Below are positions 1 to 9,948 of a stretch of DNA of 64,000 nucleotides, in pieces. The position numbers and the translations under genes are program-made. Source of the DNA: Bacteroidales bacterium (lineage in GTDB: Bacteria > Bacteroidota > Bacteroidia > Bacteroidales > UBA12077); contig JANQHR010000102.1 of NCBI GenBank assembly GCA_028282585.1, forward strand, positions 32,001 to 96,000, written 5' to 3'. The first letter of the stretch is position 1. Every line of letters begins with the position of its first letter. The notes beneath the pieces were generated by a model. The model was given only the letters and a program-made list of their open reading frames with translations, searched no databases and had not been told where the DNA came from.

Positions 1-1002
1 GCAGCTTTTATTATGGACCGAATCATGCACAAAATTGGGTTACATGGAAGATCATTCATTCCATTAGTTATGGGATTTGGTTGTAATGTACCTGCGGTAA
101 TGGCTACTCGAACGATCGAAAACAAACAAAACAGGTTATTGACTATGTTAATTAACCCTTTTATGTCATGTAGCGCTCGTTTACCGGTTTATGTTCTGAT
201 AATTTCAGCATTTTTCGTTAAAAACCCGGGATTGGTTTTATTTTCTATTTATATAATTGGGATTGCCATGGCCACTATTGTTGCCATTATTTTTAAAAAA
301 ACCTTATTTAAATCAAAAGAAATTCCTTTTGTAATGGAATTACCTCCATATAGAATTCCAACTTTACGAAACTTACTACGCCATATGTGGTTCAAAGGAG
401 CTCAATACTTAAAAAAAATGGGCGGAATTATTTTGGTTGCTTCAATATTAGTTTGGGCATTGGGTTATTATCCAAAAAATGTTGAATATACAATGGATTA
501 CGACACACAAATTGCAGAAATTCAATCTAAGAATCTTACAAATGGAAATGCAAAAATTGAAGAACTTCTTATGCAAAAAACATCTGAAGAACAGGCTCAT
601 TCATACATAGGGAGAATTGGTAAGTTTATTGAACCAGTTATGAGACCGTTGGGGTTTGATTGGAAAATGAGTGTAAGTATTCTATCAGGGGTTGCGGCTA
701 AAGAAATTGTAGTAAGCACTATGGGGGTTCTTTATCAGGCTGAAGATGATGAAAGCTCAAATAATTTAATGAATCGTTTACAAAACGAAAAAGATAAAGA
801 TGGAAATCCGATTTTTACTCCATTAGTTGCTTTTGGATTCCTTATTTTTATTTTGATCTATTTCCCTTGCGTAGCGGTAGTTGCAGCAATAAAAAAAGAA
901 TCAGGACACTGGAAATGGGCAATTTTTACGGTGTTTTACACAACATTTTTAGCTTGGTTTATGTCTTTTTTAATATACCAGATAGGATCAATTTTTATGT
1001 AA
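1..1002 (+). CDS. feoB: Ferrous iron transporter FeoB, C-terminal part (5' end lies before the window)
   Basis: Motifs GFGCNVPAVMATR, PFMSCSARLPVY, FVMELPPYRIP, AKEIVVSTMG and YFPCVA; the frame is open from the window start. Confidence 0.96.
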   Translation, partial: AAFIMDRIMHKIGLHGRSFIPLVMGFGCNVPAVMATRTIENKQNRLLTMLINPFMSCSARLPVYVLIISAFFVKNPGLVLFSIYIIGIAMATIVAIIFKKTLFKSKEIPFVMELPPYRIPTLRNLLRHMWFKGAQYLKKMGGIILVASILVWALGYYPKNVEYTMDYDTQIAEIQSKNLTNGNAKIEELLMQKTSEEQAHSYIGRIGKFIEPVMRPLGFDWKMSVSILSGVAAKEIVVSTMGVLYQAEDDESSNNLMNRLQNEKDKDGNPIFTPLVAFGFLIFILIYFPCVAVVAAIKKESGHWKWAIFTVFYTTFLAWFMSFLIYQIGSIFM

Positions 1003-1003
1003 C

Positions 1004-1177
1004 ATGGATATTCAGGAAATTATTGTAAGTATCTTATTAATTACTTGTATTATTTATATTTTTTACAATATCGTAAAGCTTTTCATACCCAAAAAAGAAG
1101 AAGCATGCGGTTGTTCCTCTTGCGATTTCAAAACAAAAATCGATGATCTAAAAACACTTTCCAAAAATTTAAAATAA
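1004..1177 (+). CDS. FeoB-associated Cys-rich small membrane protein (57 aa, not in the ORF track)
   Basis: ATG 1 nt after the feoB stop; MDIQEIIVSILLITCIIYIFYNIVKLFIPKKEEACGCSSCDFK..., one TM helix followed by CGCSSC. Confidence 0.85.
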   Translation: MDIQEIIVSILLITCIIYIFYNIVKLFIPKKEEACGCSSCDFKTKIDDLKTLSKNLK

Positions 1178-1251
1178 ATTAACTACTCTGTAATTCCAAA
1201 TAACTTGAAATATTTATATTTTTAGCTTTTAAAACTATTAATGTAATAATT

Positions 1252-1749
1252 ATGGATTATTTATTATTAGGAGTTGGTATTATCCTAATTATTGTTGGGA
1301 TTTTAGGTTGTGTATTACCAATTATCCCAGGCCCGCCAATTAGTTTTATTGGAATACTAGTTTTACATTATACAAGATTTGCAGACTATTCTTCCAGGTT
1401 TTTATGGATTGCTGCTGGATTAGCTGCTCTTGTTACCGTATTAGATTATATAGTTCCAATTTGGGGAACCAAAAAGTTTGGAGGGTCCAAAGCCGGAATG
1501 TGGGGAGCAACCATTGGGATGATCATTGGAATGATATTTATGGGGCCATTAGGCCTTATTATTGGCCCATTGGTTGGAGCTATTATTGGAGAATCAATTA
1601 AAGGAGCTGAACGCAGAGATGCTATTAAAGCCGGTTTTGGTGCATTCGTAGGTTTCTTGTTGGGAATTGGGATGAAGTTAGCCGTATCAATATATATAAC
1701 CTGGCACTTCTTTAAGCCTGTTGGAGTGTATATAAAAGAAATGTTTTAA
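1252..1749 (+). CDS. DUF456 family membrane protein
   Basis: LPIIPGPP, DYIVPIWGTKKFGGSK and Gly-rich TM helices. Confidence 0.85.
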   Translation: MDYLLLGVGIILIIVGILGCVLPIIPGPPISFIGILVLHYTRFADYSSRFLWIAAGLAALVTVLDYIVPIWGTKKFGGSKAGMWGATIGMIIGMIFMGPLGLIIGPLVGAIIGESIKGAERRDAIKAGFGAFVGFLLGIGMKLAVSIYITWHFFKPVGVYIKEMF

Positions 1750-1753
1750 TTAT

Positions 1754-2113
1754 ATGAGTCCAAAAGAGTTAATTCATAAATGGGTAGAAGCTTTCAATGA
1801 AGCGAACACTGAAAAAATTGCAGATTTCTATCATGAAGATGCTATTAACCATCAGGTTGCAAACGAACCTATTATTGGTAAAAAAGCAATAAAAGAAATG
1901 TTTGAGAATGAGTTTGCTTCTGCTAAAATGGTTTGTATTATAGAAAATATATTTGAAGATGGTAATTGGGCAATTTTAGAGTGGAAAGATCCGTTAGGAT
2001 TGCGCGGTTGTGGATTCTTTCAAATCATTAATAATAAAATAGTTTTCCAACGAGGATATTGGGATAAGTTATCTTTCTTAAGACAACATAACCTGCCGAT
2101 TCCAAAAGAATAA
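1754..2113 (+). CDS. NTF2-like/SnoaL-like domain protein
   Basis: WVEAFN...FYHEDA...G.GFF...IVFQRGYWD pattern, 119 aa. Confidence 0.8.
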   Translation: MSPKELIHKWVEAFNEANTEKIADFYHEDAINHQVANEPIIGKKAIKEMFENEFASAKMVCIIENIFEDGNWAILEWKDPLGLRGCGFFQIINNKIVFQRGYWDKLSFLRQHNLPIPKE

Positions 2114-2134
2114 TAATTTAATCCGATACCTATT

Positions 2135-3259
2135 TTGAAAAAGTTTATATTAACAATTATCGTCTTCACGTCTCTGGGATTATTTCGTGGTTTTTCAAAT
2201 AATAATTTTGAAATAACTATTTTGACCTGTTCTCCTGGAAAAGAAACATATTCTGCATGGGGTCATAGTGCGGTTAGGGTAGTTGATAAAAGAGCAAATA
2301 TTGATGTTGTCTACAATTTTGGCCTTTTTGATTTTAATACTCCAAACTTTTATCCAAAATTTATTAAAGGCAGACTAGAATATAAATTAGGGATAGAACG
2401 TACACAGGGTTTTTACCATTTATATTTTAAAGAAAACCGCCAGATTATAGAACAAAAACTAAATTTAAGCGATAAAGAAGCAATTAAAATAATACAACGA
2501 TTACAATACCTATATCTTCCGGAAAACAGGTATTATTTGTACCGCTTTGCAGGCAAAAACTGTACTTCAGAATTAAGAGATTTAATTTTAGAAAATATTG
2601 ATACTGATTTTGAAAATAAATTAACAAATAAAACCGTAAGACAACAATTAAATGAATATCTGCAAGACAGGCTATGGCTTAAATTTAGTATGAGTCTCAT
2701 TATGGGTTATAAAGTAGATCGTAAAGTAGATCTTTTTGAAAGTATGTTTCTTCCTGATTATCTGTGTTATGGTTTAAGAGATATTAAAACTGAAAATGGC
2801 AATCTAATAAAAGAGGAAACTATTTTTAATCAACTTTATGATGTTAACAATGGTTATTCATTATTAATCAATCCTTTATTTATTTTATCTATTCTAGCGC
2901 TACTTGTTATTCTATTTAATAAGAAATATATTCAAACTCCTTTTTTAATAATTATTGGGTTAAATGGTTTAGTAATTTTTACTTTGAGCCTAATAACAGA
3001 ACATCCTGAATTAAGATATAATTTAAATCCTTTATGGATTAATCCATTATATTTCCTTATTGTTTTCTTAAAAAACAATTCAAACCTAAAGATATATTTG
3101 ACAATTTTATTACAACTAATGTTATTTGCTATGATTCCAATTTGGTTGTTTAAAATTCAGTATTTCGAATTGACGTATTTACCCATTACTCTAATATTAA
3201 TTATTATTAATTATAGGATTTTATATTTAAATAAAACCAAAATTTTAACCCTTTTTTAA
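2135..3259 (+). CDS. DUF4105/Lnb-family lipoprotein N-acyltransferase-like protein
   Basis: LTCSPG..YSAWGHSAVRV, VYNFGLFDF, YRF..KNCT and MFLP, then C-terminal TM helices; TTG start. Confidence 0.78.
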   Translation: MKKFILTIIVFTSLGLFRGFSNNNFEITILTCSPGKETYSAWGHSAVRVVDKRANIDVVYNFGLFDFNTPNFYPKFIKGRLEYKLGIERTQGFYHLYFKENRQIIEQKLNLSDKEAIKIIQRLQYLYLPENRYYLYRFAGKNCTSELRDLILENIDTDFENKLTNKTVRQQLNEYLQDRLWLKFSMSLIMGYKVDRKVDLFESMFLPDYLCYGLRDIKTENGNLIKEETIFNQLYDVNNGYSLLINPLFILSILALLVILFNKKYIQTPFLIIIGLNGLVIFTLSLITEHPELRYNLNPLWINPLYFLIVFLKNNSNLKIYLTILLQLMLFAMIPIWLFKIQYFELTYLPITLILIIINYRILYLNKTKILTLF

Positions 3260-3271
3260 TTTACAAAAAAC

Positions 3272-3712
3272 ATGAACACGGAAACAAAAGAATTTAATTA
3301 TGCAGGTTTTTGGAGACGATTTGCTGCATCAATATTAGACGAAACCATAGTCCTTTTTTTTACTACACTTGCCATCGCCCCTATAATGAATCGTTTTATT
3401 TATGGATTTGGAGGTAACGAAATGATAATACTTATGATTTTGGGAGGAATTTATCTTACCATTTTTAGGTGGTGTTATTTTGCAGGAATGGAAAGCTCTC
3501 CGTTGAAAGCAACTATTGGGAAACTTGCTACAGGTTTATATGTTACAAATGCTTCAGGAGAAAGAATAACATTTGGACAAGCAACTGGAAGATTTTTTGG
3601 CAAAATTATATCAGGATTAATTTTATATATCGGTTATATTATTGCTGCATTTAATTCGAAAAAGCAGGCAGTACATGATTTAATGAGTAACTGCCTTGTA
3701 TTAAAAAAATAA
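3272..3712 (+). CDS. RDD family membrane protein
   Basis: YAGFWRRFAASILD, ATIGK and KQAVHDL. Confidence 0.9.
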   Translation: MNTETKEFNYAGFWRRFAASILDETIVLFFTTLAIAPIMNRFIYGFGGNEMIILMILGGIYLTIFRWCYFAGMESSPLKATIGKLATGLYVTNASGERITFGQATGRFFGKIISGLILYIGYIIAAFNSKKQAVHDLMSNCLVLKK

Positions 3713-3737
3713 AACAACTAACAAAACTTTAAAATAC

Positions 3738-3768
3738 GAAAGGGAGTCTTTTAACAGTCTCCCTTTTC
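3738..3768. terminator. Probable bidirectional intrinsic terminator between convergent RDD and arcB genes
   Basis: aaagggag...ctcccttt inverted repeat with A/T flanks. Confidence 0.6.
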
Positions 3769-3795
3769 ATTTTATTTATTTCAAAATTCACTTAC

Positions 3796-4797
3796 TTATG
3801 CTCCTAACGTAGCAACCATAACAGCTTTAATGGTATGCATTCTGTTTTCTGCTTCATCAAATACAATTGATGCCGGAGATTCGAATACCTCCTCTGTAAC
3901 TTCCATACCGTCTAAACCAAATTTTTGGTATATTTCTTCTCCAACTTTAGTTTCTCTGTTATGAAATGCTGGCAAGCAATGCATGAACTTGCATTTCGGG
4001 TTTCCTGTAGCATCCATCATTGCTTTGTTAACCTGGTAAGGTTTTAATAATTCGATTCTTTCTTTCCATACCTCATCTGCTTCTCCCATTGATACCCAAA
4101 CATCAGTGTAAATGAAATCACAACCTTTTACTCCTTCTTCAACATTATCAGTAACAATTATTTCAGCACCAGTCTCTTGCGCAATTTCATTAGCTTGACC
4201 AACTAACTCATCCGTTGGTTGAACGCTCTTAGGAGCAACTGAACGGAATTTCATTCCCATCTTAGCAGCACCAATCATTAATGAGTTACCCATGTTATTT
4301 CTGGCATCGCCAACATAAGCAAAAGTAATTTGATGTAATGGCTTATCAGAGTGTTCTATCATTGTTAAGAAATCAGCTAAAATTTGAGTTGGATGGAATT
4401 CATTTGTTAAACCATTCCATACAGGAACTCCAGCATATTTTCCTAATTCTTCAACAACTTCCTGTCCGAATCCACGATATTCTATACCATCATACATTCT
4501 TCCCAATACCCTTGCGGTATCAGCCATTGATTCTTTACCTCCTATTTGTGATCCTGATGGACCTAAATAAGTAACATGAGCTCCTTGATCGTAAGCAGCA
4601 ACTTCAAATGCACAACGAGTACGAGTTGAAGACTTCTCGAAAATTAAAGCAATATTTTTTCCTGTTAATCTTGGTTGTTCAGTACCGCTATATTTAGCTT
4701 TTTTAAGATCTGCAGAAAGATCTAATAAAAACTTGATTTCTTGTGGAGTAAAATCTAAAAGCTTTAGAAAATTTCTATTTCTTAAATTAAATGCCAT
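3796..4797 (-). CDS. arcB: Ornithine carbamoyltransferase, likely catabolic (follows carbamate kinase)
   Basis: STRTR, HPTQ, HCLPAFH and [10 protein letters not shown] motifs. Confidence 0.93.
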   Translation of the reverse strand: MAFNLRNRNFLKLLDFTPQEIKFLLDLSADLKKAKYSGTEQPRLTGKNIALIFEKSSTRTRCAFEVAAYDQGAHVTYLGPSGSQIGGKESMADTARVLGRMYDGIEYRGFGQEVVEELGKYAGVPVWNGLTNEFHPTQILADFLTMIEHSDKPLHQITFAYVGDARNNMGNSLMIGAAKMGMKFRSVAPKSVQPTDELVGQANEIAQETGAEIIVTDNVEEGVKGCDFIYTDVWVSMGEADEVWKERIELLKPYQVNKAMMDATGNPKCKFMHCLPAFHNRETKVGEEIYQKFGLDGMEVTEEVFESPASIVFDEAENRMHTIKAVMVATLGA

Positions 4798-4826
4798 AAT
4801 TGTAAGTTTTAAAAAATTTATAATTA

Positions 4827-5789
4827 TTAATCTTCGTATTCCATTGTAATTTTAGTACCGTATTTACGATCTTCCAGTTTAGTACTTTCTGTTATAACGC
4901 TTTTCCTGCCTCCATTTTTAACAAAATCTATACAAGCCTGAATTTTTGGAGCCATACTTCCTTTTGCAAATTGTCCTTCCTCCATATATTTTTCGGCATC
5001 GGCAACACTTAGGAATTCCTTCATTTCTTCATTTTCTTTTTTGAAGTTGATGTAAACATAAGGAACATCCGTTAAGATGTAGAACTCATCAGCCTTGATT
5101 CTTGCTCCTAATAATGAAGATGCAGCATCTTTGTCAATTACAGCTTCTGCAGGGCGTACATCATTTTTTTCATCAATATAAACCGGAACACCGCCACCAC
5201 CAACAGCAATAACAATATTACCTTCCCGAGCTAATTTTTCAATAATATCCTGATTCATAATTCCTTTTGGTTTTGGTGAAGGAACAACTCTTCTCCACCC
5301 ACCATCAGCTTTAACTTCTTCTTTAAATTCCCAACCCTTATCAGCTGCTAATTTATCAGCTTCTTCCTTTTTATAAATTTTTCCTACTCGCTTTTGCGGA
5401 TCTTTAAAAGCAGGATCATCTTTGTCTACTATTACCGAAGTAACAACAGGTACAACGTTTTTATCTATTCCATGTTTCTTAAGAACATTTCTTAACATTC
5501 GCTCAATCATGTAACCGATTCCACCTTGAGAATCAGCAACACAAATGTCTAATGGCATTTGTGGAATATTATACATTTGTTCTCCGGCGTCATTTCGCAT
5601 CAAAATATTACCAACTTGAGGTCCATTTCCATGTCCAATGATAATATCATAGCCTTCTTTAATCATATACACTATATTCTCAAGCGTATCAAAAGTGTTT
5701 TGTTCTTGTTCTTCAATAGTTCCTATTTGGTTACCGCGCAAAAGAGCATTACCTCCCAATGCAACTACAGCTAACTTGTTCATATTCAT
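4827..5789 (-). CDS. arcC: Carbamate kinase
   Basis: [29 protein letters not shown] and GSMAPK. Confidence 0.96.
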   Translation of the reverse strand: MNMNKLAVVALGGNALLRGNQIGTIEEQEQNTFDTLENIVYMIKEGYDIIIGHGNGPQVGNILMRNDAGEQMYNIPQMPLDICVADSQGGIGYMIERMLRNVLKKHGIDKNVVPVVTSVIVDKDDPAFKDPQKRVGKIYKKEEADKLAADKGWEFKEEVKADGGWRRVVPSPKPKGIMNQDIIEKLAREGNIVIAVGGGGVPVYIDEKNDVRPAEAVIDKDAASSLLGARIKADEFYILTDVPYVYINFKKENEEMKEFLSVADAEKYMEEGQFAKGSMAPKIQACIDFVKNGGRKSVITESTKLEDRKYGTKITMEYED

Positions 5790-6023
5790 TAATTTATATG
5801 TTAATATTAATTAGGTTTACAAATCTATGAAAAAAAATCATTTCAAAATTAGAAAATATATATTCTTTAATATGTTAAGAAACAACCTTTGAACGAATGT
5901 TTTAAGTTGTTAATCAAAAGAATTAGTATTTACTTAAAGTATTGACTTTGATTTTTTCTTTTCTTTAACTATTTTTAGTAACTATTTTACAATTTATTTG
6001 GGTTCAACCCTTAAAAGGCGTAT

Positions 6024-6710
6024 ATGAGAAACAGATTATTAATTATTATTTTGCTGGTTTTCATTGCTTTATATTCATGCGAAAAAAAGCAACAAAAAGA
6101 CCGAATTAAGGAAGGATACATTGAATATGACATAGAATATTTGGATGAATCGATGGACAGTTTTATGAAGGGTCTATTGCCAAAGAAAATGGTTATTAAG
6201 TTTAAAGATAACAATACAATTAATAAAATTGAAGGATTCTCAGGAATAGTAAGCTTTACTCATATACAAAATTATCGCGAAAGAAAAAACATTACATTGG
6301 TTAAAGTACTGAATAAAAAGTATAAATACATTGAAAAAATAAATGATAGTTCACTTTTCTTTGAAGATCTACCCGGCTTAAAAATAGAAGAACAAGATAC
6401 TATTGTAGAAATTTGCGGTTTTAAAAGTAAGAAAGCTAAAATCGTTCTTCCGAATTCTAATGTTAAACCTTTCTATATTTATTATACGGATGACATAATT
6501 ATAAATAACGTAAACGTCCAGACACCTTTTAAATCTATTGATGGTGTATTATTAGAGTTTCAAATTAAACTGTATGACATGCCAATGAAATTAACAGCGA
6601 AAAAAATTCAGGCTGCAAAAGTTTCAGCAGAGCATTTTGAAATACCTGAAGGATATGAGAGTATTAATAAGAAAACGATGGCTGAAATCATTGACCTCCT
6701 AAAGCAATAA
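6024..6710 (+). CDS. Hypothetical lipoprotein (GLPGLI/DUF4412-like)
   Basis: Lipobox LYSC followed by EKKQ; EICGFKSKKA, IDGVLLEF and FEIPEGY. Confidence 0.6.
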   Translation: MRNRLLIIILLVFIALYSCEKKQQKDRIKEGYIEYDIEYLDESMDSFMKGLLPKKMVIKFKDNNTINKIEGFSGIVSFTHIQNYRERKNITLVKVLNKKYKYIEKINDSSLFFEDLPGLKIEEQDTIVEICGFKSKKAKIVLPNSNVKPFYIYYTDDIIINNVNVQTPFKSIDGVLLEFQIKLYDMPMKLTAKKIQAAKVSAEHFEIPEGYESINKKTMAEIIDLLKQ

Positions 6711-6826
6711 TTAATACAATTAACGTTTCTTATATAAATTTAATTTTCTAATAAATTATTATGTTTATTTATGTTACTTTGCAGTAAATTTAATACTCCA
6801 AGGTATTCAATTGTTAAATATATTCA

Positions 6827-9229
6827 ATGGCTAAAACAATAAAGACAAAAAAAAGACCTAATAAGAAAAAGAAAAAGTTATATGCTGATGAGCGTATTAA
6901 AATTATACTTGGTATAACAACTATTTTTATAGCAGCATTTTTGACTTTAGCCTTCATTTCATATTTTTTTACATGGAAAGTTGATCAGAGTTTCCAATTT
7001 TCAAAGGTAGTATCACCGGCTGAAGTATCTGTGGAAAATTGGTCCGGTAAAGCAGGAGCCCATTTTGCCAATCTATTTATAAATAAGTGGTTTGGAATTG
7101 CTTCATTTACTTTCCCCTTTCTATTTGTAGTTATAGGTTTTAGGTTTTTCAACTTAAAAATATATTCTATAAGAAAATCATTTAAAATAGCAATTATTGG
7201 AACGCTTATACTATCTGTAATATTTGGCTATTTATTTGGAAATTCAAATGGATATTTAGGTAGTGGTCTTGGTGGAGGACATGGTTATATTATTGCTCAA
7301 TGGTTGAATTCACTTCTTGGTAAAATAGGTACAGCATTTTTGTTGTTGGTTGTATTTATGGCTTTTATTATTTTATCATTTAAGAAATCCTACGATTGGA
7401 TTATAAAAATCTCCACAAAATTATTTAAAAGAGAGTATACCGAGTTTGATGACCATTATGAACCTAATAATGATGTTAAAAAGCAAGAAGAAGTTATTTT
7501 AGAAACACAAAAAGAAGAACCTGTAGATGATAATCTGGTTTTTACAACAAAAACTGTTGAAAAACCAACACAAGTAAAAATTGAACCTGAACAGCTAGTC
7601 GAAAAGAAACCTGATAGCACAGCAAGTGAAGAAGAAGAAGAAGGTATTGAACTCACAATTGAAGAAAAGCATAAGGAAGAAAAACTAAATGGTAAGTTTA
7701 AAAATTATCAGTTAGAAGATTATGATCCAACATTAGAGCTTTCACATTATGAACTTCCTCCTCTCGACCTACTTGAAGACCATGGGAAAGACACCAATGG
7801 TGAAATAGACAAAGATGAGATCATTGCAAATAAAAACAGAATTGTTGAAACTTTAGCAAATTATAAAATTCAAATTGATAAGATCAAAGCAACTGTTGGG
7901 CCAACAGTTACTCTTTATGAAATTATACCGGCACCAGGAGTTCGTATTTCCAAAATTAAAAACCTGGAGGATGATATTGCTCTTAGCTTAGCTGCATTAG
8001 GAATTAGGATAATTGCTCCGATACCAGGTCGGGGAACCATTGGTATTGAGGTACCAAACCAAAAGCCGGAAATAGTTTCCATGCGATCAATTTTAGAATC
8101 TAAAGTCTTTAGCGAATCTAAATATGAACTTGCTATTGGTTTAGGAAAAACTATTTCTAATGACACCTATGTAATTGATTTAGCCAAAATGCCCCATTTA
8201 TTAGTTGCAGGAGCTACAGGTCAGGGGAAATCGGTTGGTTTAAATGCAATCATTGCTTCATTACTTTATAAAAAACATCCAGCCCAATTAAAGTTTGTAA
8301 TGGTTGATCCTAAGAAAGTTGAATTAACTTTATATTCAAAAATCGAAAAACACTTTTTAGCTAAATTACCAGACTCTGACGAATCAATTATAACAGATAC
8401 ACAAAAAGTTGTTAATACCTTAAATTCGTTATGCGTTGAAATGGATCAAAGATATGATCTGCTAAAGGCTGCTCATGTTAGAAATATTAAGGAGTACAAT
8501 GCTAAATTTATTGAAAGAAAGTTAAATCCTGAAAAAGGACATAAGTACCTACCTTATATTATTGTGGTTGTTGATGAATTTGCTGATCTAATTATGACAG
8601 CCGGAAAAGAAATTGAAGGTCCTATTGCCAGATTAGCTCAATTAGCACGGGCAATTGGTATTCACTTAATTATAGCAACTCAACGTCCGTCTACAAACAT
8701 TATTACTGGTGTTATTAAAGCTAACTTCCCAGCCAGAATAGCATTTAGGGTTTCTTCCATGATCGATTCCAGAACAATTCTGGATAGCCCGGGAGCAAAC
8801 CAATTAATTGGACGTGGTGATATGCTGATTTCAACAGGAGATTTAGTGCGATTGCAATGTGCTTTTATTGATACTCCTGAACTTGATAGAATAACTGACT
8901 ACATTGGCAACCAGCAAAGTTACCCAACTGCCTTTATGCTTCCGGAATATGTTTCTGAGGGAGCTGAGGAGATAGGTGATGTAGATTTCTCGAAACGTGA
9001 TCCAATGTTCGAAGATGCAGCAAGATTAGTTGTAAGACACCAACAAGGATCGACTTCTTTAATCCAACGTAAATTTTCAATAGGATATAACCGAGCTGGA
9101 AGAATAATTGATCAGTTGGAAGCTGCTAATATTGTTGGTCCTTTTGAAGGAAGTAAGGCAAGACAGGTATTATTTCAGGACGAATATTCTTTGGAACAGT
9201 ATTTGAAAGACTTTCTCGACAATCCTTAA
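6827..9229 (+). CDS. ftsK: DNA translocase FtsK
   Basis: N-terminal TM domain; MPHLLVAGATGQGKS, VVDEFADL, ATQRPS; gamma domain IGYNRAGRIIDQLE. Confidence 0.97.
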   Translation: MAKTIKTKKRPNKKKKKLYADERIKIILGITTIFIAAFLTLAFISYFFTWKVDQSFQFSKVVSPAEVSVENWSGKAGAHFANLFINKWFGIASFTFPFLFVVIGFRFFNLKIYSIRKSFKIAIIGTLILSVIFGYLFGNSNGYLGSGLGGGHGYIIAQWLNSLLGKIGTAFLLLVVFMAFIILSFKKSYDWIIKISTKLFKREYTEFDDHYEPNNDVKKQEEVILETQKEEPVDDNLVFTTKTVEKPTQVKIEPEQLVEKKPDSTASEEEEEGIELTIEEKHKEEKLNGKFKNYQLEDYDPTLELSHYELPPLDLLEDHGKDTNGEIDKDEIIANKNRIVETLANYKIQIDKIKATVGPTVTLYEIIPAPGVRISKIKNLEDDIALSLAALGIRIIAPIPGRGTIGIEVPNQKPEIVSMRSILESKVFSESKYELAIGLGKTISNDTYVIDLAKMPHLLVAGATGQGKSVGLNAIIASLLYKKHPAQLKFVMVDPKKVELTLYSKIEKHFLAKLPDSDESIITDTQKVVNTLNSLCVEMDQRYDLLKAAHVRNIKEYNAKFIERKLNPEKGHKYLPYIIVVVDEFADLIMTAGKEIEGPIARLAQLARAIGIHLIIATQRPSTNIITGVIKANFPARIAFRVSSMIDSRTILDSPGANQLIGRGDMLISTGDLVRLQCAFIDTPELDRITDYIGNQQSYPTAFMLPEYVSEGAEEIGDVDFSKRDPMFEDAARLVVRHQQGSTSLIQRKFSIGYNRAGRIIDQLEAANIVGPFEGSKARQVLFQDEYSLEQYLKDFLDNP

Positions 9230-9239
9230 TTCTGATATT

Positions 9240-9890
9240 ATGAAAAAATATATTTTAACTTTTATACTAATTCTGGGAATTATATCTGTATTTGGTCAAG
9301 AAGATATTAAGGCAAAAAAAATACTTGATAAACTTTCTTCAAAAACTAAATCTTACAAAACTATAAGTGCTGATTTTAAGGTAACATTCGAGAATTTAAA
9401 GGATAACATTAGTAATTCATCAAAGGGGAGCATAGTTATCAAAGGCAACAAATATCGGCTTAATTTCATGAATACAGAAGCTTTTTTTGATGGAAAAACA
9501 TTATGGAGTTATTTACCTGAGGTAAATGAAGTTAATATTACAGAACCAGAACCTGATGATGAAGATATATTCAATAATCCTAAAAGACTATTTACAATAT
9601 ATGAAAACGATTACAAGTATCAGTTGATTAATCATATCAACGAAAACAAAATAAATTATTCGCTTATTGATTTATACCCAGTTAATTTGGACGAAGATTA
9701 TTCAAGAATAAGATTGCAAATAAATATGGATGATTATTTTTTAAGTTCTGCAACCATATTTGGAAAGGATGGATCACATTATACGATCTCTATTGAAAAC
9801 TTTGAAACAAATAAAGGTTTTGATGACCCGTATTTTGTATTTAATAAAAAGGATTATCCTAAAGTTGAAGTTATTGATATGCGATTTTAG
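9240..9890 (+). CDS. lolA: Outer-membrane lipoprotein carrier LolA
   Basis: Signal peptide, FFDGKTLWSYLPEVNEVNI, and position directly after ftsK. Confidence 0.88.
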   Translation: MKKYILTFILILGIISVFGQEDIKAKKILDKLSSKTKSYKTISADFKVTFENLKDNISNSSKGSIVIKGNKYRLNFMNTEAFFDGKTLWSYLPEVNEVNITEPEPDDEDIFNNPKRLFTIYENDYKYQLINHINENKINYSLIDLYPVNLDEDYSRIRLQINMDDYFLSSATIFGKDGSHYTISIENFETNKGFDDPYFVFNKKDYPKVEVIDMRF

Positions 9891-9912
9891 CAAAGAATTC
9901 CTTCCATACATT

Positions 9913-9939
9913 AAAAACAGCTAATAACGGCTGTTTTTT
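9913..9939. terminator. Bidirectional intrinsic terminator
   Basis: aaaaacagc-N8-gctgttttt between convergent genes. Confidence 0.7.
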
Positions 9940-9948
9940 GCCAATATT

